Positions 27,568 through 36,800 of a stretch of DNA of 53,769 nt are shown piece by piece. Under the pieces are notes generated by a model. The model did not search any database and had not been told where the DNA came from. It saw nothing but the letters and a program-made list of their open reading frames with translations. Location of the stretch: the NCBI GenBank assembly GCA_903994795.1, contig CAJEYI010000003.1, positions 1 through 53,769 on the forward strand, given 5' to 3'. Numbering within the stretch: position 1 is the stretch's first letter; each line of letters starts with the position of its first letter. The translations under genes and the position numbers were made by a program. The DNA comes from an uncultured bacterium (GTDB lineage Bacteria > Patescibacteriota > Minisyncoccia > Phycocordibacterales > Phycocordibacteraceae).

Positions 27568-28560
27568 ATGAAGAGTATCCTCATCGCCCTCATCGCGCTG
27601 CTCACTTTCGGGTGGGCCGCGCAAGCGGTCGCGTCGGCAGAGATGCCGATGTTCTATCGCACAGGGCAACACGATGGTCGGGGTAATTTTGTGGTCGCAA
27701 GACTCATTCAAGATTCCCTCGACCGAGACAGAGACGGGAATGCCTACATTCAAGGCACGCCATGTCTGACGCCCAAGATCTTGCTGGACACAATCAATCA
27801 CTATCAACCGGACGTTCAAGTCCGGCACGTGAAAGATTTGCCCGACCTGTATCGGACTCTTATCCCGCATAAAGCGCGGGCCGAGGGCTTCACTGGGCCT
27901 CAGACCATGTCTCGAATGGTCTGTGCCAGGCCTGGCTCACACCAGCCTGGTGATCATTTCGATCCTGTCGGTTGGTCGCGGGAGTTTCGAGCCGACGAGT
28001 ACGCGTACTTTCTTCCAAACCATACCGAGCCGTTCTCGGCGGAAGACTGCACGAATATCCCGCTGGTGGAGAAACATCTTCCGCCCCCGCCTCCTCTGCC
28101 GCCACAAATCCCGCCTGCGCAGCCCCCAATTCCGGACTGCGTGACGATCCGAGTGCCGGCGAACTACCTGCCGGCAAGAACTACAAAGGTTCGGCATGAT
28201 TACGAGATTGTGGGTCACCACGGTCTCGCGCCGTCCTTCTGCCTGGTCAAAGGACATATATGCCATATGTGTACGTTTGACAAGGCTGAGTCGGAAGACG
28301 GTGTCGGCGTGTACGTGTATCACGATCGCCGAGCCCACGTCTTCGCTCCGGGTCCTGGACACGACTTCATGGAGATTGAAGTCTCACCCGAGGTCAAATC
28401 GGGGGGCTTCCACTTCAAGGACTGCTCAGAGATTCAGCTCGAGGATGGCACCGTGCTGTACTCGACGACTACTGAGGATATCAACTTCGACCAGTTTCCT
28501 AGTCGACTGCACTTTCAGACGGCGCCCTTCGTTTACACGACGGTGCGTCCGCAACGCTGA
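27568..28560 (+). CDS. Secreted Cys-containing protein with poly-Pro linker, GC-rich, unknown function
   Basis: Signal peptide MKSILIALIALLTFGWAAQAVA; PPPPPLPPQIPP linker; visibly higher GC than flanks. Confidence 0.75.
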   Translation: MKSILIALIALLTFGWAAQAVASAEMPMFYRTGQHDGRGNFVVARLIQDSLDRDRDGNAYIQGTPCLTPKILLDTINHYQPDVQVRHVKDLPDLYRTLIPHKARAEGFTGPQTMSRMVCARPGSHQPGDHFDPVGWSREFRADEYAYFLPNHTEPFSAEDCTNIPLVEKHLPPPPPLPPQIPPAQPPIPDCVTIRVPANYLPARTTKVRHDYEIVGHHGLAPSFCLVKGHICHMCTFDKAESEDGVGVYVYHDRRAHVFAPGPGHDFMEIEVSPEVKSGGFHFKDCSEIQLEDGTVLYSTTTEDINFDQFPSRLHFQTAPFVYTTVRPQR

Positions 28561-28570
28561 GCTGAGAACA

Positions 28571-28602
28571 GGCGAACGGATCAGGCTATCGATCCGTTCG
28601 CC
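28571..28602 (+). terminator. Strong hairpin after the GC-rich gene
   Basis: GGCGAACGGATC / GATCCGTTCGCC, with a T run about 10 nt downstream. Confidence 0.55.
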
Positions 28603-28677
28603 GACTCAACTCTTTTTTGTACGCCGTTTACGGCAGGAGTAATTATTTATTACAACATTATTAGAAACACCACAAAC

Positions 28678-30882
28678 ATGAAAAAAATCAATCTTAATTT
28701 CATATTTGCAAATCATAAACCTGTATTAACGGGGGTATTAGTAATACTCTTTGTTGTTTTACTTGGTTCAAGTGTTGCATATGTGACAGGACTCACTTCT
28801 CCGCATCAAGCGCAGGCAGATGAGTTTGATATAAGCTCAGGAGATGTTGGAGGAGATTTATTTAGTGGATCTCTAGGAGATTCTGGCGGTGACCCATCTA
28901 GTTTATTTGATGATAGTTTTGGTCCAACTGATACTGCTAATGATCCGACCCTAACTGATACTCCTACTCCACTAGATAGTTCTTCAGGAGATACGTCATA
29001 TTATGACTCCACTTCACAAGCTCCATGTAACTGTGATAATGTCCCAACACTAACGGACAATCCTACTCCTGTTGATAGTCCAGATATAACAATTCCAGAC
29101 TCAACCTCACAAGCTCCATGCGATTGTGATAACGCACCACCCGTAGACACCCCAACTGACACAACTCCGCCAATAGACATTCCCCCAGTTATTGTACCGA
29201 TCGTCGTACCACCCGTTGTAATCCCACCTGTCGTGCACACATGTCCTGCAGGGCAGACGGGAACGTATCCGGATTGTCATACTCCGCCACCGCCACCACC
29301 TCCTGCGCAGCCAGAATGTATTTCACTAACTGGTACCCCTACACAGATAAGTGCTGGAGACGCAGTGACTCTCGCATGGCAGACAAAGAACGCAACCTCT
29401 ATCACTATTGATAATGGTGTGGGTTCTGTGACTCCTGTTGCTGCTGGTTCTACAATTGTGCACCCAACAACGAGCACTACATACATTGCTACTGTTGCAA
29501 ATGCAGTTGGAAGCGTACACTGTCAGACTTCGGTACAGGTCGTGACGACTCCGCCACCACCACCAGGTCCATCCTGTGTGCAGCTTACTGCGAATGCCAC
29601 AACTATCACTCCAGGTCAGTCCGTAACACTAAGTTGGGTTACTGCTAACGCAACTGCAATTTCAATTGATAACGGCATTGGAAATGTAACTCCAGTTGCG
29701 AATGGCTCAACAACAGTTACGCCTTCTGGAACAACTACCTACACAGCAACTGTTCCTGGTGCAGCACTAAATACTGCATGCCAGGTAACGGTCACTGTGC
29801 AACCTGCTGTTTGTACTTCAAACTGTCAGACTGGTGGAGGAGGAGGTGGAGGTGGGGGTGGAGGAGGTACAATCTTCAGTGGCGGATACTTCGGTGGCGT
29901 CTCTGGACAGATTATTCGTCCTGTACTTCAGTCAGCTCCAGTTGCCTCAATGGTGTACCTCTCTCAAATTCCATACACTGGTCTTGATCTAGGTCCTGTT
30001 GGAACAGTGGTGTACTGGGTACTTCTTCTACTCATCTGTGCAGTCGCTACATACCTCATTTTATTCATGCTCATCCCGTTCGTGTATCACCGAATACATA
30101 ACTTCGGTACTACGGTAAACGGAATGCTTAATGGAACGGATGCAGGTCATGGAGCTCATGGCGCTCATGATGCTCACGCAACGCCAGCACACGTTGCACC
30201 TGCTCACGCTCCAGCTCCTGTGCATCACATACCAGCAACTAATCACGCTCCAACACCAGCGCACGCTCCAAACCCATCTGCATATGCAGCGGCAGAAGGT
30301 TTCCGAACCTTTGCTCAGGGCGAGAGTCTTACTATCGATGATATCGTAAAGGGTCTCTCACGAATTCCAGAAGTACAGCACTCACAAGCTGCTCCGCACA
30401 CGACTACCCACACTGAGACTCACATCGTGCAGGATCACGTTGCAGAAGAGCCAGCTACATATCACACTGCGAGCGAAGTAATTGCTTCACACGCTCCTGT
30501 GCACGCACCAGCGCACATGCCTACTAATCGTGCAGAAGCTCCAGCAGCTGCTATCTCTACGGATGTGCGTGACTTCTGCGATGCTCTTCTTAAGGGTGAT
30601 CGCGATACAGTCTTCGGTACACTTCGCCAGATCGTACGAGAGGGAGGTGATGCAGAGACATTTATCACGCAAGTGGTTTGTGCACTCGACGATGCATATC
30701 GAAATCGTGTAGATGGAACGAAGGTTAATCCTGAAATCGCACAGCTCACAAAGAACTGCGCAACGTCATTCCTCGAACGACTTACTGGCGCACTTACAAA
30801 TGCAGTGGACTCAAGCTATTCACCTGGTATTACAGGATCGAAGCTTGCACTTACTCGTGCGCTAGCAGTAGTTGAGGGATAA
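28678..30882 (+). CDS. Surface protein: signal peptide, Asp/Pro repeats, two Ig-like domains, internal IPYTG + TM, large cytoplasmic region
   Basis: AQA cleavage site; duplicated DSTSQAPCxCDN repeat; two TLxW..NAT.I.IDNG domains; poly-Gly; LSQIPYTGL at 29959-29985; TM; His/Ala/Pro-rich linker; helical C-terminal domain. Confidence 0.85.
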   Translation: MKKINLNFIFANHKPVLTGVLVILFVVLLGSSVAYVTGLTSPHQAQADEFDISSGDVGGDLFSGSLGDSGGDPSSLFDDSFGPTDTANDPTLTDTPTPLDSSSGDTSYYDSTSQAPCNCDNVPTLTDNPTPVDSPDITIPDSTSQAPCDCDNAPPVDTPTDTTPPIDIPPVIVPIVVPPVVIPPVVHTCPAGQTGTYPDCHTPPPPPPPAQPECISLTGTPTQISAGDAVTLAWQTKNATSITIDNGVGSVTPVAAGSTIVHPTTSTTYIATVANAVGSVHCQTSVQVVTTPPPPPGPSCVQLTANATTITPGQSVTLSWVTANATAISIDNGIGNVTPVANGSTTVTPSGTTTYTATVPGAALNTACQVTVTVQPAVCTSNCQTGGGGGGGGGGGGTIFSGGYFGGVSGQIIRPVLQSAPVASMVYLSQIPYTGLDLGPVGTVVYWVLLLLICAVATYLILFMLIPFVYHRIHNFGTTVNGMLNGTDAGHGAHGAHDAHATPAHVAPAHAPAPVHHIPATNHAPTPAHAPNPSAYAAAEGFRTFAQGESLTIDDIVKGLSRIPEVQHSQAAPHTTTHTETHIVQDHVAEEPATYHTASEVIASHAPVHAPAHMPTNRAEAPAAAISTDVRDFCDALLKGDRDTVFGTLRQIVREGGDAETFITQVVCALDDAYRNRVDGTKVNPEIAQLTKNCATSFLERLTGALTNAVDSSYSPGITGSKLALTRALAVVEG

Positions 30883-30899
30883 AGAGTTCGTAGAAAAGA

Positions 30900-31045
30900 A
30901 GAAAAAGCATATACAAATTAGGGGCTCTCGGAGCCGGAGTGACATTTGTGAGCCGTAAGGGGGCTGCGAACAAATTCACGCCGGCGAGAGTGAGCAAGTT
31001 TTTAGCAAAAAACTATGCGTACCCTAATTTGTATATGCTTTTTCT
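30900..31045 (+). repeat. Palindromic intergenic element, family A copy 2
   Basis: 24-bp perfect arms (30900-30923 / 31022-31045); core GGGGCTCTCGGA...GAGAGTGAGCAAGTTTTTAGCAAAAAACTATGCGTACC. Confidence 0.9.
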
Positions 31046-31050
31046 GTTTC

Positions 31051-32850
31051 CTACGCTCTATCTTTTATTTCCTGACTGATCTTCGTAACGAAGTCTGCTA
31101 CCGATGACGCATCGAGTTTTCCATGATCACGGCTTTCAACTGACACGGTCTTGTCAGTGATTTCTTTATCACCAACAACGAGGAGGTAGGGAAGCTTCTG
31201 CATCTTTGCATCACGGATTTTCTTTCCAAGTGATTCACTAGCCGTGTCTACTTCTGCGCGAATACCAGCTGCTCTAAGTGTTGTGAGAACTTCTTGTGCG
31301 TAGTCTCCTTGTTTGTCAGAAATTGGTAGCACGCGCACTTGCACTGGAGCGAGCCATGCAGGAAATGCGCCACCATAGTGCTCGATAAGAATACCCATGA
31401 ATCGGTCTGGAGAACCAATGAGCGCGCGGTGAATCATAACGGGTGTTTTCTTTGCGCCGTCTTCTGCAGTGTATTCAAGTTGGAATCGACTTGGTTGTAC
31501 GAAGTCGAGCTGTACTGTTGAGATCTGCCACTCACGACCAAGTGCATCCACTGCCATAATGTCGATCTTTGGACCATAAAATGCTGCTTCACCCTCGGCT
31601 TCTTTGAAAGTAATATTCTTCTCTTTCAGAAGTGTGCGCATTATTTCTTCTGCCTTGTTCCAAGTTTCATCTTCTCCAATATATTTTGCCTTATTTTGTG
31701 GATCGCGAAGAGATAGACGCATCCACGCTTCGATCTTGTATGTTGCTAGTGCTTTCTGAATTGCAGCCAGTACGCTTTCTACTTCAGCTTCGATTTGATC
31801 TTCGCGACAGAAGATATGCCCATCATCTTGAGAGAACGCGCGAAGGCGTGTGAGTCCTGATAGTTCTCCTGGACGTTCATCGCGGTATAGAACTGCGAAG
31901 TCTGAGTATCGGATGGGGAGGTCACGGTATGAACGAGGCTGAGAAGCATAAATTTGTGTGTGTTGGGGACAGTTCATTGGCTTCAAAAACATCTCATCTT
32001 CAACATACTGGGAATGCACACTAAGCATACCTTCTTTGTACTGGTCGTAGTGGCCTGAAATTTTAAAAAGGTCTCCTTTGTTTACGTTTGGCGTGTGTAC
32101 TTCGCCAAAGCCGAGTTCGTTGTTAAGCTCGCGTGAGTAGTTGATGATTGAAGAGCGAACGATATTTCCTCGAGGCGTAAAGAGTGGCATCCCAGAACCT
32201 ACGAGGTCTGAGAATGTGAAGAGGTCGAGCTCCTTCCCAAGCTTGCGGTGATCACGCTTCTTCGCTTCTTCACGCTGTGCCTGATACGCCTCCAGTTCTT
32301 CTTTTGTATTAAAGGCGAGGCCATAGATGCGAGTGAGCATTGGTTTGTTTTCGTTTCCTCTCCAGTATGCTCCTGCGATGCGGTCGAGCACGAAGGAATC
32401 CTTCGCAATGTCTTTAGAAGGACGCTCTGCATGTCCACCACGGCAGAGGTCCGTGAAGTCACCAGCTGTGTAGAGTGTAAGCTTTTCGCCTTTAGCTACG
32501 ACCTCGTCAATAATCTCGAGCTTGTATTCGTTCTTTGCAAATCGTGAACGAGCATCATTCTCGGACACTTCAGTTCCGAGCATTTCATTCCAAGAGGGAA
32601 GTAGTTCACGCATGGTCTCTTCAAGGCCAGCTAAATCAGCCTCGGTAGGTGTTGCGTGCTTGTGACCAGCTGTACCGTCCGAGGAGTCAGTGCTTGAGAA
32701 ATCGAAGTCATAATAGAAACCATTATCGATAGCTGGACCGATAGTCGCCTTTGCGTGAGGGAAACGCTCATGCACTGCTGCAGCTAGTAAATGAGCCAGG
32801 GTATGACGTTTTTCTTCGAGTGAGGCGGGGTTTGAAGGTGTTGAATCCAT
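31051..32850 (-). CDS. thrS: Threonine--tRNA ligase (no TGS domain)
   Basis: RHTLAHLLA, DLCRGGH, RDHRKLG, KPMNCP, FYGPKID, MIHRA. Confidence 0.97.
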   Translation of the reverse strand: MDSTPSNPASLEEKRHTLAHLLAAAVHERFPHAKATIGPAIDNGFYYDFDFSSTDSSDGTAGHKHATPTEADLAGLEETMRELLPSWNEMLGTEVSENDARSRFAKNEYKLEIIDEVVAKGEKLTLYTAGDFTDLCRGGHAERPSKDIAKDSFVLDRIAGAYWRGNENKPMLTRIYGLAFNTKEELEAYQAQREEAKKRDHRKLGKELDLFTFSDLVGSGMPLFTPRGNIVRSSIINYSRELNNELGFGEVHTPNVNKGDLFKISGHYDQYKEGMLSVHSQYVEDEMFLKPMNCPQHTQIYASQPRSYRDLPIRYSDFAVLYRDERPGELSGLTRLRAFSQDDGHIFCREDQIEAEVESVLAAIQKALATYKIEAWMRLSLRDPQNKAKYIGEDETWNKAEEIMRTLLKEKNITFKEAEGEAAFYGPKIDIMAVDALGREWQISTVQLDFVQPSRFQLEYTAEDGAKKTPVMIHRALIGSPDRFMGILIEHYGGAFPAWLAPVQVRVLPISDKQGDYAQEVLTTLRAAGIRAEVDTASESLGKKIRDAKMQKLPYLLVVGDKEITDKTVSVESRDHGKLDASSVADFVTKISQEIKDRA

Positions 32851-32954
32851 AGCCTAGAGAATACCATAAAATTGTACACATATGAACGCTTCATGAACTC
32901 TTTAGTGCTATTATTTATCTGTATTACTTATTTAACATTTGCTCGCACACATTT

Positions 32955-33401
32955 ATGAAAAGTTTCGATTATTACACAGAGGCACTAAAGAATTACGTAA
33001 AATTTGAAGGTAGGGCCAGCAGAAAGCAGTATTGGTACTTCACTCTTTGGAATATCATTATCTCTATTGTAGTAAGTATCGTATTAGGGATTATTCTCCA
33101 AGGAAATGGTGTATACGTAAGCTGGATTTATAGTCTTGCAGTATTATTACCATCTTTAGCATTACTCATTCGCAGAACTCACGATATTGGGAAGTCAGGA
33201 TGGTGGGTATTGCTTTTGCTCGTTCCAATTGTGGGAGCAATCGTTATTCTCGTTTTCCTTTGTACGCCAGGAGAGCCAGGCACAAATAAGTACGGAACTA
33301 ATCCAAACGAAGTAGCCGAAGTACCGTCAACTTCAGCTCCAGAACCAGCTCCAATGTCTGAAGCTACTCCAGTTGAGTCAACTCCAAATGCTAACGGATA
33401 A
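32955..33401 (+). CDS. DUF805 (YhaH-like) membrane protein
   Basis: FEGRASRKQYWYF, RRTHDIGKSGWW, NKYG. Confidence 0.9.
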   Translation: MKSFDYYTEALKNYVKFEGRASRKQYWYFTLWNIIISIVVSIVLGIILQGNGVYVSWIYSLAVLLPSLALLIRRTHDIGKSGWWVLLLLVPIVGAIVILVFLCTPGEPGTNKYGTNPNEVAEVPSTSAPEPAPMSEATPVESTPNANG

Positions 33402-33882
33402 GAAACTCATAATCCGCAAAACTCTTAAGATTGAGATCATTGTTCTTGGACAGATTCTGCTCGGTGCGTTATTTGGAATGGCATCAATTTTACTTGGTTT
33501 ATATTGTGATTTGCGATGCCAGGAATATGGTAGCTTAAACTCGATCATTCTGGTGGTACTAGGTAGTGTCATTTTGTTTGTGGTATTTATCCCGGCCTTC
33601 ATATATGAGTTGCTATTCCAAAATGTGATAGTTGCAGATGAAAACGGAATACGTGTCTATGCATCTATAACGCAGCCAGTACGATTCCTGAAGTGGGAGC
33701 GTATACAAGGTTTTCGGTTTCCGAGAGAACAAATCGGAAAGAACATATTTGATTTTTTTGCTATCGATTATCAGGGAAGCAAGAAAGATAAGTGCGTCTT
33801 TATTCCTTTGAAGAAATTACCAGATTCCGGTGAAGTAACACTGTCTAAACTTAGTGTATTTAGGGAGTCTATAGGGAAATGA
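33388..33882 (+). CDS. Two-TM membrane protein with PH-like C-terminal domain
   Basis: Two hydrophobic segments then IVADENGIRV...FLKWERI; overlaps the DUF805 gene end. Confidence 0.65.
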   Translation: MLTDKKLIIRKTLKIEIIVLGQILLGALFGMASILLGLYCDLRCQEYGSLNSIILVVLGSVILFVVFIPAFIYELLFQNVIVADENGIRVYASITQPVRFLKWERIQGFRFPREQIGKNIFDFFAIDYQGSKKDKCVFIPLKKLPDSGEVTLSKLSVFRESIGK

Positions 33883-33884
33883 TG

Positions 33885-36800
33885 TTAGAGGGCTTTGAGG
33901 TTGTCGACGGCGAAACTTGTTTCGCCGTTTCGGCTTGATACCTTTCCTTTCACAAGTAGACAGGTACCTGCGTTCACGAGCAGTGCGTGCTCCTTATATA
34001 ACTTCGGAAAGATGACTGCTTCGAGCGATGCGGTCTTATCCTCGAGTCGCACGAATGCCATCTTGTCGCCTCCTTTTGTAAGTACTGGCCGGACTTCTGC
34101 GAGAAGCACCGGAAGGATCAGGTCTTTGCCTGGGTGCGGATCTGCGAGGATTTCTTTTATGGAAATAGTAGCTTTAGCGACTTTTTCTGCGTGTGCATCG
34201 AGTGGATGACCAGAGACGTAGATACCGAGAAGTTCTTTTTCCCAGGCAAGTTTGTCGGCTAGCTTGGTGTGATGACCTTCGTCTTTTGGAAGGACGAGCG
34301 ATGGCTTCGCCATCGCTCCGAAGAGTGAGTCCTGCGGAGCAGACATCGTCGCATCTCTATGGAATGCAAGCATGAGCTCGATGTGTGTCATCATAGTTTC
34401 TCGTCCACCGATTTCGTCTGCAAACTTATCAAGCGCTCCACACTTAATGAGTGCTTCGAGTCCTTTCTTATTTAAATTTCGTGATTCAACTCTGCACAAA
34501 AAATCAGATAGGGAAGTGAATGGTCCACGTGCGTTTCGTTCAGAAATAATTGCATTTGAAATGCCTTCGCCAAAGTTCTTGATAGTGGTAAGTCCGAAAC
34601 GAATGACTTTTCCTTCAGGAGTCATTGCGACAGTGAAATCTGAGTTTGATTCGTTGATGTCGGGTGGAAGCACGCGAATCTTCATGCGTTCGCACTCCGT
34701 AACAAATGTTGAGATAGATTCTGTGTCACCAGCGTCAGCAGTGAGCACCGAAGCCATATATTCGTATGGATAATTGGCCTTCATGTAGGCTGTTTGATAT
34801 GCGACTTTGCCGTAGCTTGCTGCGTGGGAGTTATGCACGATGAAGTTATTTGCGATGAAGTTTTCGTGTGCAGGCACCGAAAGATCGTATGTCATTTCAG
34901 TACCGTCAGGAATTATGGAAACGACTTCATCCCAGAAGATGTCTGAGTCATCAGATGTACTAATTTTTTCTGAGACTTGTTCGTTAGGCAGCGGAAGTTT
35001 TTTAGGCGTAGCAACCGAAGTGCCAGGAGTTAGAGCTTCAAGACGTGCCCACCCATCATGTGTAAGAAATGGATGGTTAGCAGTCGCTCGAATATTTTTG
35101 CCTGACTGAGTTGTAAGTTTAAATACTTCTTTGATACCGTTCTCAAATGGAATGCTAGCAACCGAGGAAACCAACTTGAAATCTTTGTTGAGAGAAACAA
35201 CATTAGGTGGAGTGTTACGTGTAAGTAGTTCTGCAATAGTCGGATACGTGCCAGTCACGCTGTCATATATTTGAGTATCTGCAGTTAAACATTTGTTGAA
35301 ACCGTACGCCTGGAACGGCTCGAATAGGAGCCAGAGCTTATCAGCAAACGCAGCTGTCTGGCCGTTTGCGACGATACCTTCCGTGAACTGCTTCTTTTGT
35401 TTTGCCATTTCTACGGGGTTCTTTTTTCCAATAGCCTTTCGGAATTTATCCACTTCAAGCCATGAGTACCCGGCAAGGTATACGGCGCAATACAGAAGGT
35501 CGTCTTGGTACACGAGAAGTCCGTATGACTCTGTGAGGAATTTCTCCATGCGCAGGTCAAGGTACTTTACGAGTCGCGCATTATTTTTTCGCTCAATGTA
35601 TTCCGGAATCACATCCATTGGTCCCGGACGATAGAGTGCCACCATTGCGTTGATGTCGTGAATGGTTGAAGGTTGCAGCTCTTTTAAGTATCGAGTCATT
35701 CCCGAGCCACTCAACTGGAAGACACCTTCAGTCTCACCTCGTGCAAGCATTTCAAATGTCTTCGTATCATCGATGGGTACGAATTCGATATCAATAATTT
35801 CACCAGAACTTTCCTTCACTCTGCGAAGTGCATCAGAAAGAATTGCCAGGTTTTTAATGCCGAGAAAGTCGAATTTCAAAAGTCCCACGCCACCGTATTC
35901 GTCAGAGATCGAATACATATCGTACTGCGTGATGAGTTTCGTGTTGCTTTCGTCGGTGCTCTTTGGGTCGGGCTGAAGGGGAGTCCATTCTATAAGTGGA
36001 GTCGGAGCAATCACCACACCTGCGGCGTGCACTCCAACATGTCGCACGCATCCTTCAATTTGTCGTGCGAGATCAATTACTTCTTTCGCATCATCATCTT
36101 CGTTATAGAGCGCTTTCAAATCTTTTTCAATCTTAAGTGCGTGGTCAATCGTCATCGGGAATCCTTGCGAACCAATTGGAATAAGTTTTGCAATTCTATC
36201 TCCAACAGAATATGAGTGACCAAGCGCACGAGCAACGTCGCGTACAGCGGCACGTGCTGCCATCGTTCCAAATGTTCCAATCTGTGCAACGTGGTCTTCT
36301 CCATACTTTCGCTTCGCATACGCAATCATTTCATCGCGTCTGTTGTCGGCAATGTCCATGTCGATGTCCGGCGCCTTTGGTCGCTCAGGGTTGAGGAATC
36401 GTTCGAAGGGAAGTTTGTAGTACAGAGGGTCTACGTTTGAAATGCCGGTGAGGTACCCGACGAGGGAGCCAGCAGCAGAACCACGAGTGGTAGTGAGAAT
36501 CCCCGCACTTTTTGCAAAGGTGAGGAGGTCAGAAACAGCGAGGAAATACGGGGCGAAACCCTTCTTATTAATAATTCCAAGCTCATACTCGATACGTTCT
36601 GTAACGACTGGTGTTTCTTCCATTCGACGCGTAACGAGTCCTGCAAATGTCTTCTCGCGAAGTTCGTCTTCATGCGTCATCCCGGGCTTCGTTGGAATGT
36701 TTGGGAAAATCCACTTTCCAAGATCAAATTCTAAGTTGCAGCGGTCTGCGATTTTCTGCGAGGCATCGATAGCTTCAGGTGTGCTCTTGAAAAGTTTAAT

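Noticed and set aside
4771-31045. Palindromes as integron attC sites or CRISPR repeats
   Set aside because: No RYYYAAC/GTTRRRY ends, they do not delimit cassettes, there is no regular repeat-spacer array, and no intI or cas genes are in the window
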